DNA of 58,965 bases, from positions 1-58,965 of IMG/VR virus record IMGVR_UViG_3300044654_000030; one strand, given 5' to 3'. Under the pieces are notes generated by a model. The model searched no databases, had not been told where the DNA came from, and saw nothing but the letters and a program-made list of their open reading frames with translations. The number at the start of each line of letters is the position of its first letter. The stretch's first letter is position 1. Shown piece by piece: positions 27,428-36,095 of this stretch. The stretch is from a virus. Its lineage: Duplodnaviria; Caudoviricetes. The translations under genes and the position numbers were made by a program.

Positions 27428-27955
27428 ATGCCCGAAGTCCCAGCCTGCCGCCTCTGCGAGGCGCCCGGGGTCGCGGCCCTGGGCCTCTGCAACAAGCACT
27501 ACCACCGCTACCGCGCCGCCGGCAAGCCCGCGCTGGAGCCCTGGATCGAGGGCCAGCTCGCGCTCGAACGCGACGGCGGGCCGTCGCGCCGCAGGCGCTG
27601 CCTCGTCTGCGGCCAGCCCGCCGACGCCTGGGGCCTGTGCCACAAGCACGCCGAGCGCTATCGGCGGGCCGGCAAGCCCGAGCTGGAGCCCTGGGTCGCC
27701 CGGCAGCGGGCGCAGGACGACCTCCGGGTCGCCTGCGTCATCTGCGGGACGCCGTTCCACGCCTACCAGGGGCGCCTGACGTGCTCGCGAGCCTGCTACG
27801 AGGAGCGCCTCCGCCGGGCGGCGCGGGCGAGGCTCCACGCCGAGACCCCCGACCGGCGGGCGGAGCGGCTGCGCCGCCGCAACGAGCGCGACCGCCTCCG
27901 GCGGGCGGCGCCCCCGGGGGACGACGCCCCCGGGGGCGGGACGCCCACCCCTTGA
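27428..27955 (+). CDS. Multi zinc-finger protein 1
   Basis: 2x CxxC...GLCxKH plus CxxC...CSxxC. Confidence 0.7.
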   Translation: MPEVPACRLCEAPGVAALGLCNKHYHRYRAAGKPALEPWIEGQLALERDGGPSRRRRCLVCGQPADAWGLCHKHAERYRRAGKPELEPWVARQRAQDDLRVACVICGTPFHAYQGRLTCSRACYEERLRRAARARLHAETPDRRAERLRRRNERDRLRRAAPPGDDAPGGGTPTP

Positions 27956-27980
27956 CGGTCCGCGGGCCGTCGCGTAGGAT
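27952..27980 (+). promoter_or_regulatory. sigma70-like promoter
   Basis: TTGACG-17 bp-TAGGAT. Confidence 0.6.
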
Positions 27981-28111
27981 GTCGGATTCGCCGGGCCGCC
28001 GGGCGTGAACGGGCGGCGAGGCCGCCGGGGGGCCGCATCCCCGGGAGGTACGGACCATGCACCCACCCTCACGAGGGCCGGCCCCTCCGCTCGCGCCGGC
28101 TCCCCTCCCCG

Positions 28112-28789
28112 ATGCCTGAGAAACCGTGCCGGGTCTGCGGGCGCCCCGCGACGGCGGCGCGGGGCCTCTGCCAGGCCCACTACCACCGCTGGACCAAGGC
28201 CGGCCGGCCCGACCTGGACGCCTGGCCCGCCGAGCAGCGGGCGCGGGAGGCGGCCCCGCCGCCCCCGCCGCCCGCGTGCCGCGTCTGCGACCGCCCCGCC
28301 GAGCAGCGGGGCCTGTGCCACGCCCACTATGAGCGCTGGCGGCGATGGGGCCGGCCCGACCTCGACGAATGGGTCGCGGCGTTCCGCGAGGGACGCCTCA
28401 ACATCTGCACCATCTGCGGCCGGGGCTACAACGGCTACCACGGGAGTCAGACGTGTTCCCGGGCGTGCGACCAGGAGCGGCGCCGCCGCGCCGCCCTGGC
28501 GTACTTCTACGCCCTGCCGCCCGAGCAGCGGGAGGAGGTGTACCGCCGCCAGATGGACCGCAACCGGCGGGCCAGCGAGGCCCGCCAGGTCGAGATCCGG
28601 TGCCAGGGACCGGGCTGCGACGTGACGTTCCGGGGGATGCCGGGCCGGAAGTTTTGTTCCAAGCGATGCCGGGACCGCGAGGCCGCCCGGCACCGCGACG
28701 AGATCCGGAAGCGGGTCCGCGACTTCGACGCCGCCCGGCTGGCGACGGAGCTGATCCGCAAGCTCGAAGGAGAGGACGAGGGATCATGA
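28112..28789 (+). CDS. Multi zinc-finger protein 2
   Basis: 2x CRVC...RGLCxAHY.RW plus two CxxC/CSxxC modules. Confidence 0.7.
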   Translation: MPEKPCRVCGRPATAARGLCQAHYHRWTKAGRPDLDAWPAEQRAREAAPPPPPPACRVCDRPAEQRGLCHAHYERWRRWGRPDLDEWVAAFREGRLNICTICGRGYNGYHGSQTCSRACDQERRRRAALAYFYALPPEQREEVYRRQMDRNRRASEARQVEIRCQGPGCDVTFRGMPGRKFCSKRCRDREAARHRDEIRKRVRDFDAARLATELIRKLEGEDEGS

Positions 28790-29577
28790 CCCATGAGATC
28801 GTGCCCGCCGGCGCGGGGGACGTGCTCCGCGCCGAGCTGGACGAGTTGTCGCTCCTCAGCACCGAGGAGCTGAAGGCGGAGCTGGCGCGGGCGATGGAGA
28901 TCACCGTCGCCGCGCTCCGCCGGATGGCCGCCATCGTGCGGGTCCTCGAAGAGCGGGGGGAGGACCTGTCCGACCTCAAGAACGGCCTCCTCCACTACCT
29001 CCGGAGGATCGCCTACGAGCAGTGCCTCCCGGAGACGGTGGTCCGGTTCGGGAACGTCCCGATCCTGGTCCGCAACGTCTCGAAGCTACCCCTGCCCGAC
29101 CAGCGGAAGCTGGCGGGCGGGGAGCCGGTCCCGCTGGTCGTCCGCGGGCCGGATGGGCGATTCGAGTTGCGCCAGGCCGACCCGCTCGGCCTCTCGGGCG
29201 CCCAGGTGGCCCAGGTCTTCGCCCCGGACCACGTCCGGGACCAGTCGGAGCAGATCCTCTGGCTGGAGATGCGGGGCATGAAGCCGGCGCGGAAGCCCCG
29301 CCGGTCGGAGCGGGTCCGCCCGTCCCCGACGGGGGACGGCGTCATCGTGGGGAAGGTCCACCTCCCCTCGGCGCTCGTCGTGGAGGCGCTCGCCGCGCTG
29401 CGGGGCCCGGCCCCCGGCGACGACGAGGACCTGACCCAGGTCGGCATCCGCATGACCGAGGCGGAGCATGTCGCGTTGAAGAAGGCCGCCGCCGACGGCG
29501 GCACGAACGTCAGTCTCCTGGTCCGGCGCGCCCTGCGCGCCTACGGCCTGTTCGGGAAGGAGGTCAGCGATGGATGA
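28786..29577 (+). CDS. Phage protein with possible C-terminal ribbon-helix-helix
   Basis: VGIRMTEAEHVALKKAA...NVSLLVRRAL. Confidence 0.65.
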   Translation: MTHEIVPAGAGDVLRAELDELSLLSTEELKAELARAMEITVAALRRMAAIVRVLEERGEDLSDLKNGLLHYLRRIAYEQCLPETVVRFGNVPILVRNVSKLPLPDQRKLAGGEPVPLVVRGPDGRFELRQADPLGLSGAQVAQVFAPDHVRDQSEQILWLEMRGMKPARKPRRSERVRPSPTGDGVIVGKVHLPSALVVEALAALRGPAPGDDEDLTQVGIRMTEAEHVALKKAAADGGTNVSLLVRRALRAYGLFGKEVSDG

Positions 29578-30010
29578 AACGGAACCGACGGTCGAGACGG
29601 CCAGCCACGTCGTCCCCCGCACGGGCGAGCTCCCGTTGCGGTTCACGGGCGTACTCCTGGCGCACGTCAGCACGGCGAGCGACCAGGGCCCCGGCAACCA
29701 CCGATGGCACCACGTCCGCGTGTACCGCACCGTCGGGGGACGGTACATCCTGGCCGTCGCCTTCCGCACCTGCTGGTCGGGCGAGCTCGACCACGACTGG
29801 GCGTACGAGTGCGCCGACGCCCGGGAGCTGGGCCTCGCCCTGGGCGAGTCGCCGAACGCCTTCATCCCCGACGCGATCGGCTACCCGGACCGGGAGCCGT
29901 ACCGCGAGCGCCAGCACAAGCTGCTGGCGCACCTGCGGGCCCGGTTCCACGTGGCCGTGTCCGAGCTGTACCGCCGGCTCGGCGACGAGTTCGCCGAGGA
30001 GGTGGCCTGA
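29570..30010 (+). CDS. Hypothetical protein
   Basis: PLRFTGVLLA...RVYRTVGGRYIL. Confidence 0.65.
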   Translation: MDETEPTVETASHVVPRTGELPLRFTGVLLAHVSTASDQGPGNHRWHHVRVYRTVGGRYILAVAFRTCWSGELDHDWAYECADARELGLALGESPNAFIPDAIGYPDREPYRERQHKLLAHLRARFHVAVSELYRRLGDEFAEEVA

Positions 30011-30219
30011 TGGGGCGCAAGTCGCTGAAACCCGCGGAGCGGGATGACCTGCACCGGCAGCTCGCCCGCCTGATCCTCCCCGTGCTGCGGTGCGCCGAGC
30101 ACGACCGGGCCGAGCTGGAGGAGGAGGCCCGCGCGCTGGGCGTGGGCTACCTGGACTATCTGGCCTGGCTCTGCGCCGGGGCACTCTGCGACGACCCCGA
30201 CGACCCGGAGGCCAACTGA
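30010..30219 (+). CDS. Hypothetical protein
   Basis: TGATG coupling. Confidence 0.55.
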   Translation: MGRKSLKPAERDDLHRQLARLILPVLRCAEHDRAELEEEARALGVGYLDYLAWLCAGALCDDPDDPEAN

Positions 30220-30440
30220 TGGGCGACCCCTTCAACCCGGTGGACCGCGACCGCCTGGTCCGGTCCTTCACCAAGACGATCGCCCTGGTCCTGCGCCAGG
30301 TGGAGCGGGATCGGGCCGCCTACGAGGCGGAGGCCCGCGACCGGGGCCAGGAGTTCAACATCTATCTGGCCGGGCTCATCGCCGAGCTCTTGATGGACCC
30401 CATCCCCGACGACGAGGCCCCGGACCAGGAGGCCCACTGA
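30219..30440 (+). CDS. Hypothetical protein (paralog of preceding gene)
   Basis: TGATG coupling; shared E.DRA..E.EAR..G....YLA. Confidence 0.55.
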   Translation: MGDPFNPVDRDRLVRSFTKTIALVLRQVERDRAAYEAEARDRGQEFNIYLAGLIAELLMDPIPDDEAPDQEAH

Positions 30441-30697
30441 TGAGCAAATGGGATAAGTGGGAGTTCGTTCACGACAACGCCTGCGAGGTGAACGGCTTCG
30501 CCGTCGATTTCATCGACGGCACGATGTCGTCGGGGATCGGCCACCTGCACGGGCTGCCGGTGAGCTGGGACGGCGACACGATCACCGTCCACGGCACCGA
30601 CGGCTTCTACCGCGCCGGGGACGGCGCCGCGTGGGAGGTCGCCAAGCACCGGGGGACGCGCACCCTGCGGTGGCGGCGCTGCCGCCACGACGAGTAA
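30440..30697 (+). CDS. Hypothetical protein
   Basis: TGATG coupling. Confidence 0.55.
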   Translation: MSKWDKWEFVHDNACEVNGFAVDFIDGTMSSGIGHLHGLPVSWDGDTITVHGTDGFYRAGDGAAWEVAKHRGTRTLRWRRCRHDE

Positions 30698-30709
30698 AGG
30701 AGGTGGACG

Positions 30710-31240
30710 ATGGCCGAGTACACGCTGGAACTGCGGGACGAATCCGGGTACAGCGAGTTCACCACCCTGGAGGCGGAGGGACCCGAGGCGGCCGCCGAGC
30801 GGGCGTACGCGACGCTGGAGGGATGGATTCGGGGCGGCGACTGGGGCGACGCGGGGGCGTGCGTCGGGGCCGGCTGGCTCCTCTACGACGTGGACGCCGA
30901 GGAGGGCGACGACCCGATCGACACCGGGTCGATGGAGGTCGCGATCGAGCCCGACCACCGGGCGCTCATCCGGCGGGCGGGCGGCGATCCCGACTGCGAT
31001 CACGAGTGGGTCTCCACGGCCCGGATCGACGGGGGACTCCGGGAGAACCCCGGCGTCTTCTCGGCCGGCGGCACGACCATGATCCTCTCCGATCACTGCC
31101 GCCTCTGCGGCCTGCGGCGGACCCGGACGCACCTCGGTCGCCAGCGGAACCCCGGCGAGGCGGACACCGTGCGGTATCAGCAGCCCGGGTCCTGGTGCCC
31201 GAGCTGCGAAGCGGAGCATGAGCCCTGCGCCGAGGACTGA
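30710..31240 (+). CDS. Acidic Cys-containing phage protein
   Basis: RBS AAGGAGGT; CDHEW, ENPGV, CRLCG. Confidence 0.65.
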   Translation: MAEYTLELRDESGYSEFTTLEAEGPEAAAERAYATLEGWIRGGDWGDAGACVGAGWLLYDVDAEEGDDPIDTGSMEVAIEPDHRALIRRAGGDPDCDHEWVSTARIDGGLRENPGVFSAGGTTMILSDHCRLCGLRRTRTHLGRQRNPGEADTVRYQQPGSWCPSCEAEHEPCAED

Positions 31241-31258
31241 CGACGACCGGGACATCCC

Positions 31259-31294
31259 AGGCCAGGCGGCTCGCGAGCCGCCTGGCCTTTTTTT
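31259..31294 (+). terminator. Rho-independent terminator
   Basis: Perfect palindrome AGGCCAGGCGGCTCGCGAGCCGCCTGGCCT followed by a T run. Confidence 0.85.
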
Positions 31295-31323
31295 GTTTCT
31301 CGCCAAAAAATGTCTAAGGCGTC

Positions 31324-31352
31324 TTGACCCCGGGGCGGCGCCCCGGTATCCT
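31324..31352 (+). promoter_or_regulatory. sigma70-like promoter
   Basis: TTGACC-17 bp-TATCCT. Confidence 0.6.
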
Positions 31353-31500
31353 GGCACATGGCTCGCGGGGTGGGCCGTAGCGACACACCCCCCCGGGGGC
31401 CGCCCGGCACGCGGCGGGCCTCATGTCCCGGGGCACGGGCCGCGATCGCCCGCCGCGTCGCCGGGTCGTATGTCGATCCGTCAGAAGGAGGAGCATCTTG

Positions 31501-31905
31501 ATGTCACAGGGCAGCAGCAACCAGGACGTTTATGGCGGTTCCGCCCCCGAGGTCGGGGGCACGGCGACGGCGATGGAGGCGCCCCACCTGAGGACGGTCC
31601 AGCCGGCGGCCGGGGCCGGGGCCGGGGCGGCGCAGCCGGGGGCGAAGCCGGGCCGGCGCGGGGGTCGCGGCCGGGGCCGGCGCCGCCGTGGGGGTCGCGG
31701 CGGCGCCGGGGGCCCGGCGGCACGGCTCCAGGACCCGGGCCTCCAGGGCCAGCTCGCCGCGGCGGTCATCAACCAGCTCGGGGGCAAGGCCATCCGCGGG
31801 GTCGGCGCCGGGATCTGCATGGGGATCGGCCTGGCCGTGGCGGGGGCGATCTTCGGCCGGGCCGCTGGGATGGGGCCCCGGTCGATGACCGGCCTCGGCG
31901 AGTAG
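31501..31905 (+). CDS. Gly/Arg-rich protein with C-terminal hydrophobic helix
   Basis: RBS AAGGAGGAG; RGG-rich segment; GVGAGICMGIGLAVAGAIFG. Confidence 0.6.
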   Translation: MSQGSSNQDVYGGSAPEVGGTATAMEAPHLRTVQPAAGAGAGAAQPGAKPGRRGGRGRGRRRRGGRGGAGGPAARLQDPGLQGQLAAAVINQLGGKAIRGVGAGICMGIGLAVAGAIFGRAAGMGPRSMTGLGE

Positions 31906-32092
31906 CATCGCCCGGGGCCGGCCGGCATCCGCCCCGGGTCCCGGGACCCCCGCACCGGGGGTGGTCGGGGCACCCCCGGGCCCGGGGTCGGGGCCGGGAT
32001 GGACGACACACCGTGCCGACGCGGCGGCCCTTGCCCATCGGGCCGCCTCGACCGGCCCCGGGGGATGGGTCACGTCCCCCGGGGCCCTCCCC

Positions 32093-35000
32093 TCAGAGGC
32101 CCGCCGCCCGCCGCTTCTCCTCCGCCGCCCGCTTCGCCGCCTGCTTGTACCAGTTGAACAGGCCCAGGCGCTCGGCCAGCTCGGGCGTGACGTGCCCCTT
32201 CTGGTCGGGCCGGAGGTAGTAGTTCGTGAACTCGGCGACCCGCGGGTCGCTCCTCAGGAGCCGCTCCAGCACCCGCCGGGCCTCGATGTCCCGCTGCTTC
32301 TCCTGGTCCACGTCGGTCAGCTTGAACCCCGTGAGGAAGTTCAACGCCTTGGCGCCGACCCCCTTGCGGGGGTCCTGGAGGCGGTCGGCCGTCGAGACGA
32401 ACCGCGACAGCGGGGAGCCGGCGACCAGCTCGGAGAGGGGCTGGGCGTACTCCTCGGGGATCAGGCCGTACCCGCCGGCCAGGCCCTTCGTGTACAGGTC
32501 GGAGAGCCGCCGCCCGGTGTGGAGCTGGGTGTCGAAGGCCATCTCCAGCGGGAGCTTCACGAGCGGCCCCGCCTGCCCGAGCAGCCGCTGCGTCGTCTGC
32601 CCGAACGACGGCGCCGTCACCACCCGCCCATTCGGCAGCTCGTACCCCCGGAACTGGAGCCGCTCCAGCGCCTCCTCGAACGGCAGGCCCAGCTTCGCCA
32701 GGTAGCGTTGCGTCCCGCCCTGCTCCTCGCCCACCGGGATCGCCGCGCCGGAGGCGAGATACTCGGGGACCCAGCCGCGCCCCGAGGCGTTGCCGACGGC
32801 GCGGAGGGACGGCACGATCTTGCCCGGTTGCTGCGTCAGGAGCCGGAGCTGCTCGGGGAGGTTCTTGCGCGTGAACGTATAAAAAGGAATGAGCGACTTC
32901 ATCACGTTCCGCTCGAACGGGGTGAGGTCGCCGTAGTCGAAGTGGATCGCCTTGGTCAGCCGGCCCGCCGCGTCGGAGGCCATCCCCCGGCGGAGGTTGC
33001 CCAGGTAGTTCGCCAGGCGGACGGCGTCCTCGATCTTGGTCCCGGCCGTGCGGCCCAGGACCAGGGGGGCGAAGGTGTCGTCGAGCCGGCCGAAGACGCC
33101 GGCCTGGTTCCGCGGGTCCCAGGCCCCCGGGCGGGTCAGGGCCGTCTTGAGGTCCCAGGGGACGGGGCCGGGCGCCCGGGGGATGATGCGGTCGAGGCCG
33201 CCGGTGTCTACCCGGTCCAGGCCCTTGACGCCGACGCGGTCGGTGTAGGCGTTGAGGCCGTGGTGAACCCCGGCGTCGGCGTACGCCCCGCGGGCCAGCG
33301 CCTGGGCCCGCGCCTCCGGGCTCATCACGGCGGTCAGGCCGGGGTACTCCAGGTGGTGGATGCCCCGCCCGCCCAGGATGTCGAGGGCGTCGCGGTACGC
33401 CGTCAGGGGCGTGCCGTGAATCCAGTTGTTGTACAGGGCGCTGATGGCGTTGCGGACGTGGCTGGCGGGCCACATCGGGTAGACGGCGTTCTTGAAGAGG
33501 GTCTGGAGCCCCTCCAGCTTGCCCAGGAACGGCTTCACCTCGCTGGGGGCGATCCAGCCCTTCATGAACCGGGTCAGGGCGCCGGCGTCCTCGTCGGCGA
33601 GCCCCCACTGGTTGAGGGCGTCCACCGGGTTGACGCCGCCCCGGGTGGCCTCGTACCCCGGGCCGAAGCCGCGGCGGGCCATCGCCTCGTAGGCCCGCTG
33701 GGTGGCCCCCTCGTAGGCCGTCGCCTGGAGCGCCCGGCGGGTGGCGGCGGGGATCTGCGGGATGAGGTGGGCCTTGGGGTGCGGCGTCGAGGACCGCATC
33801 AGGGCCGACCGCGCCTCGTCGGCGTCGGCGAACCCGAGGGACTGCAAGTGGGCCAGCTCGCCCGCCTCCAGGGGGGCGGCGATCGGGGTGCTCTCCAGGC
33901 CGGCCGCCTCCAGGACCTCGGGGATGGTCCGCCGCTTGACGCCGGCCGCGTCGAGCTCCGCGATCGGCTTCGCCATGCCGGCCAGGGCGCGGTAGTAGGT
34001 CTGGGCCGGGCCGAGGACCTGGGCGTGCCGCCGGCCGCGGGCGACCAGGTCGCCGATCAGGTCGGGGTTGAAGTAGGGGATGCCCCGCTCGGCGTGCGCC
34101 GCCGGCACGGTGGTCAGCCACCGCGCCATCGCGTCCGCCTGGGCGGCCAAGTCCTCCAGGTCGGCCGGCGCCGTCCCGGTCCGCCAGGTCCGGTTGCGGA
34201 CCATGTCCTGGAGGATCTCCCGCGCCGCCCGGTCCACCGGCAGCCGCCCCGGGCCGCCCAGGGGGCCGGAGAGGCGGGGGTCCATCGCCCAGTCGTTGAT
34301 CGCCTCGGTGCCCCCCTCGATCTCGCGGAGCACCTCCTGGCGGCGGAGGTTCGAGCCGTGGTGGGTGGGCAGGAGCTTGTACTGGTCGGACCCCTGGAAC
34401 GCCGGGTTGGCGGCGATGTACCGCCGGGCGGCATACTCGATCGTCGGGTCGTCCAGGGCGGCGTCGGGCACGCCGTAATGCCGGGCCGAGGGGCGCAGCT
34501 CCGCGCCGAAGGCGCGGACCTCGCGGCCGATGCCGGCCAGGTCGTTCCAGTGGGCGCGGACGTGGGCCTCGACGGCATGCGGGTCGGCGACGCCCGGGGC
34601 CAGGCCCAGGGCGTGGCGGCGGTGGAACTCCGCCGCCCAGCGGTTCGGGTCGGCGAACTGCGGGGCGTCCTCGGCCGCGCCCCGCATCACCTTCAGCGCC
34701 TCCAGCTCCGAGCCGGGCAGGTCCTTCCCGGCCCGCAGGACCTGCTCCAGGCGGTGGCGCAGGTCGAACTCGCGGGCCCAGGTCTGCGACTGGAACGCCT
34801 CCGTCGTCGGCTTCCCGGCCGCCTCGAAGGCCCGCTGCACCTCGGGGTGGGTCGCCCGCCCGGCCTTGGTGTCGAGGATGTCCCGGAGGTTGCGGATGCC
34901 GGGCGCGAACTTGATCGCGTCCTTGGCGACGTCGAAGGCGCCGGCGACCCCCTTCGAGATCCCGCCGTGCCCGAGGGTGAACCGCGGGTCGCCGAAGGGC

Positions 35001-35710
35001 AGGCCGACGCCGACCAGGCCGGCCAGCGGCTTGCGGGCGACGTCGGTGATCCCCTTCGCGGCGGCGGCGTTCACCAGGTCGGCCGAGGCGACGCGCCTCC
35101 CCCGGTCGATCAGGTGCCCCACGGCGCCGGCGGCGGCCTCGGGGCTGGCGCCGGCGGCCCGCGCGGCGGCCTCGACGGCGGGGGCGGCGTGCTCGAAGCC
35201 CTCGATCAGTGCCCGGTGGCCCAGGCCCTTCGTCGCCCCCAGGCCCTCGGCGACCTTGCCCAGGGGCGTCAGCGCCTTGGTGCCGAAGCTCAGGTAGCTC
35301 AGCGGGTCGGTGGCGACCTCGGCGGCGATCGGCGCCAGGTTGCGGGTCGCCCAGTTCCCCCGGCTCGTGTCCCAGCCGAAGTGCTTGAGCAGGTCCTCGC
35401 CGGAGGTCCGGTCGCGCTCGTAGTCGGTCAGGCCGAGCGAGTCGGAGAACGGGACGACCGAGAGCAGCTCGCGGGGCCGGCCGGCCAGGGCGCCGCGGAT
35501 CGCCCGGCCGCCGAACTTGTCGGCCACCGAGCCGACGTACGACAGCCCGGAGACGACCCGGTGGAGGAAGTTGTCGGTCAGGCCGGGGATCTCCTCCGGG
35601 TCGGGCGGCGGGAAGGCGGCCTCGGGCGCGGGGCGGCGGCCCCGGGGCAGCCCGAAGTCGATGCGGAACGGGTCCGTCCCGCCGAACGGGTCGTCGAACA
35701 GGCCGGCCAT
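32093..35710 (-). CDS. Large internal virion (ejection) protein, LPD38-like C-terminus
   Basis: 1205 aa; FDYGDLTPFERNVMKSLIPFYTFTRKNLP; last gene of the late block. Confidence 0.65.
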   Translation of the reverse strand: MAGLFDDPFGGTDPFRIDFGLPRGRRPAPEAAFPPPDPEEIPGLTDNFLHRVVSGLSYVGSVADKFGGRAIRGALAGRPRELLSVVPFSDSLGLTDYERDRTSGEDLLKHFGWDTSRGNWATRNLAPIAAEVATDPLSYLSFGTKALTPLGKVAEGLGATKGLGHRALIEGFEHAAPAVEAAARAAGASPEAAAGAVGHLIDRGRRVASADLVNAAAAKGITDVARKPLAGLVGVGLPFGDPRFTLGHGGISKGVAGAFDVAKDAIKFAPGIRNLRDILDTKAGRATHPEVQRAFEAAGKPTTEAFQSQTWAREFDLRHRLEQVLRAGKDLPGSELEALKVMRGAAEDAPQFADPNRWAAEFHRRHALGLAPGVADPHAVEAHVRAHWNDLAGIGREVRAFGAELRPSARHYGVPDAALDDPTIEYAARRYIAANPAFQGSDQYKLLPTHHGSNLRRQEVLREIEGGTEAINDWAMDPRLSGPLGGPGRLPVDRAAREILQDMVRNRTWRTGTAPADLEDLAAQADAMARWLTTVPAAHAERGIPYFNPDLIGDLVARGRRHAQVLGPAQTYYRALAGMAKPIAELDAAGVKRRTIPEVLEAAGLESTPIAAPLEAGELAHLQSLGFADADEARSALMRSSTPHPKAHLIPQIPAATRRALQATAYEGATQRAYEAMARRGFGPGYEATRGGVNPVDALNQWGLADEDAGALTRFMKGWIAPSEVKPFLGKLEGLQTLFKNAVYPMWPASHVRNAISALYNNWIHGTPLTAYRDALDILGGRGIHHLEYPGLTAVMSPEARAQALARGAYADAGVHHGLNAYTDRVGVKGLDRVDTGGLDRIIPRAPGPVPWDLKTALTRPGAWDPRNQAGVFGRLDDTFAPLVLGRTAGTKIEDAVRLANYLGNLRRGMASDAAGRLTKAIHFDYGDLTPFERNVMKSLIPFYTFTRKNLPEQLRLLTQQPGKIVPSLRAVGNASGRGWVPEYLASGAAIPVGEEQGGTQRYLAKLGLPFEEALERLQFRGYELPNGRVVTAPSFGQTTQRLLGQAGPLVKLPLEMAFDTQLHTGRRLSDLYTKGLAGGYGLIPEEYAQPLSELVAGSPLSRFVSTADRLQDPRKGVGAKALNFLTGFKLTDVDQEKQRDIEARRVLERLLRSDPRVAEFTNYYLRPDQKGHVTPELAERLGLFNWYKQAAKRAAEEKRRAAGL

Positions 35711-35711
35711 C

Positions 35712-36092
35712 TCAGTACCCCGACATCATCCCGGCGGGCGCGGGCGCGCCGGGCAGGGGTGGCCGGCCCATGCCCATCCCCGGCGGCAGCGCGCCGGGTG
35801 GCATCCCGCCGGGCGGCCCCTGGTCGGCGCCGCCCAGGCCGGCGTCGGCCAGGCCGAGCATGTGCAGGAGGTCTTCCAGGCCCATCTGCGGGTCCTGGGG
35901 GCCGACGTTCAGGTCGGTCGGGTCGGGGCCCAGGCTGGCCGCCAGGGCGGCCAGGAGCGGGCTGTCGGCGAAGTCGCCGTCGGGCGGGAGCGACCCGCCC
36001 GGGGGGAGCTGCGGGCCGGGGGGCATCCCGGCGCCGGGGGGCGGGCCCATCGGGCCGGGGCCCATCATCGGATGCGGTGCGGGCGGGAACAC
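35712..36092 (-). CDS. Pro/Gly/Met-rich small protein
   Basis: Fills the gap between late genes; RBS GGAGG. Confidence 0.6.
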   Translation of the reverse strand: MFPPAPHPMMGPGPMGPPPGAGMPPGPQLPPGGSLPPDGDFADSPLLAALAASLGPDPTDLNVGPQDPQMGLEDLLHMLGLADAGLGGADQGPPGGMPPGALPPGMGMGRPPLPGAPAPAGMMSGY

Positions 36093-36095
36093 GGA

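Noticed and set aside
12300-31905. Plus-strand block as a separate inserted ICE or transposon
   Set aside because: No relaxase, conjugation genes, transposase or flanking target duplication; content is typical phage early genes.
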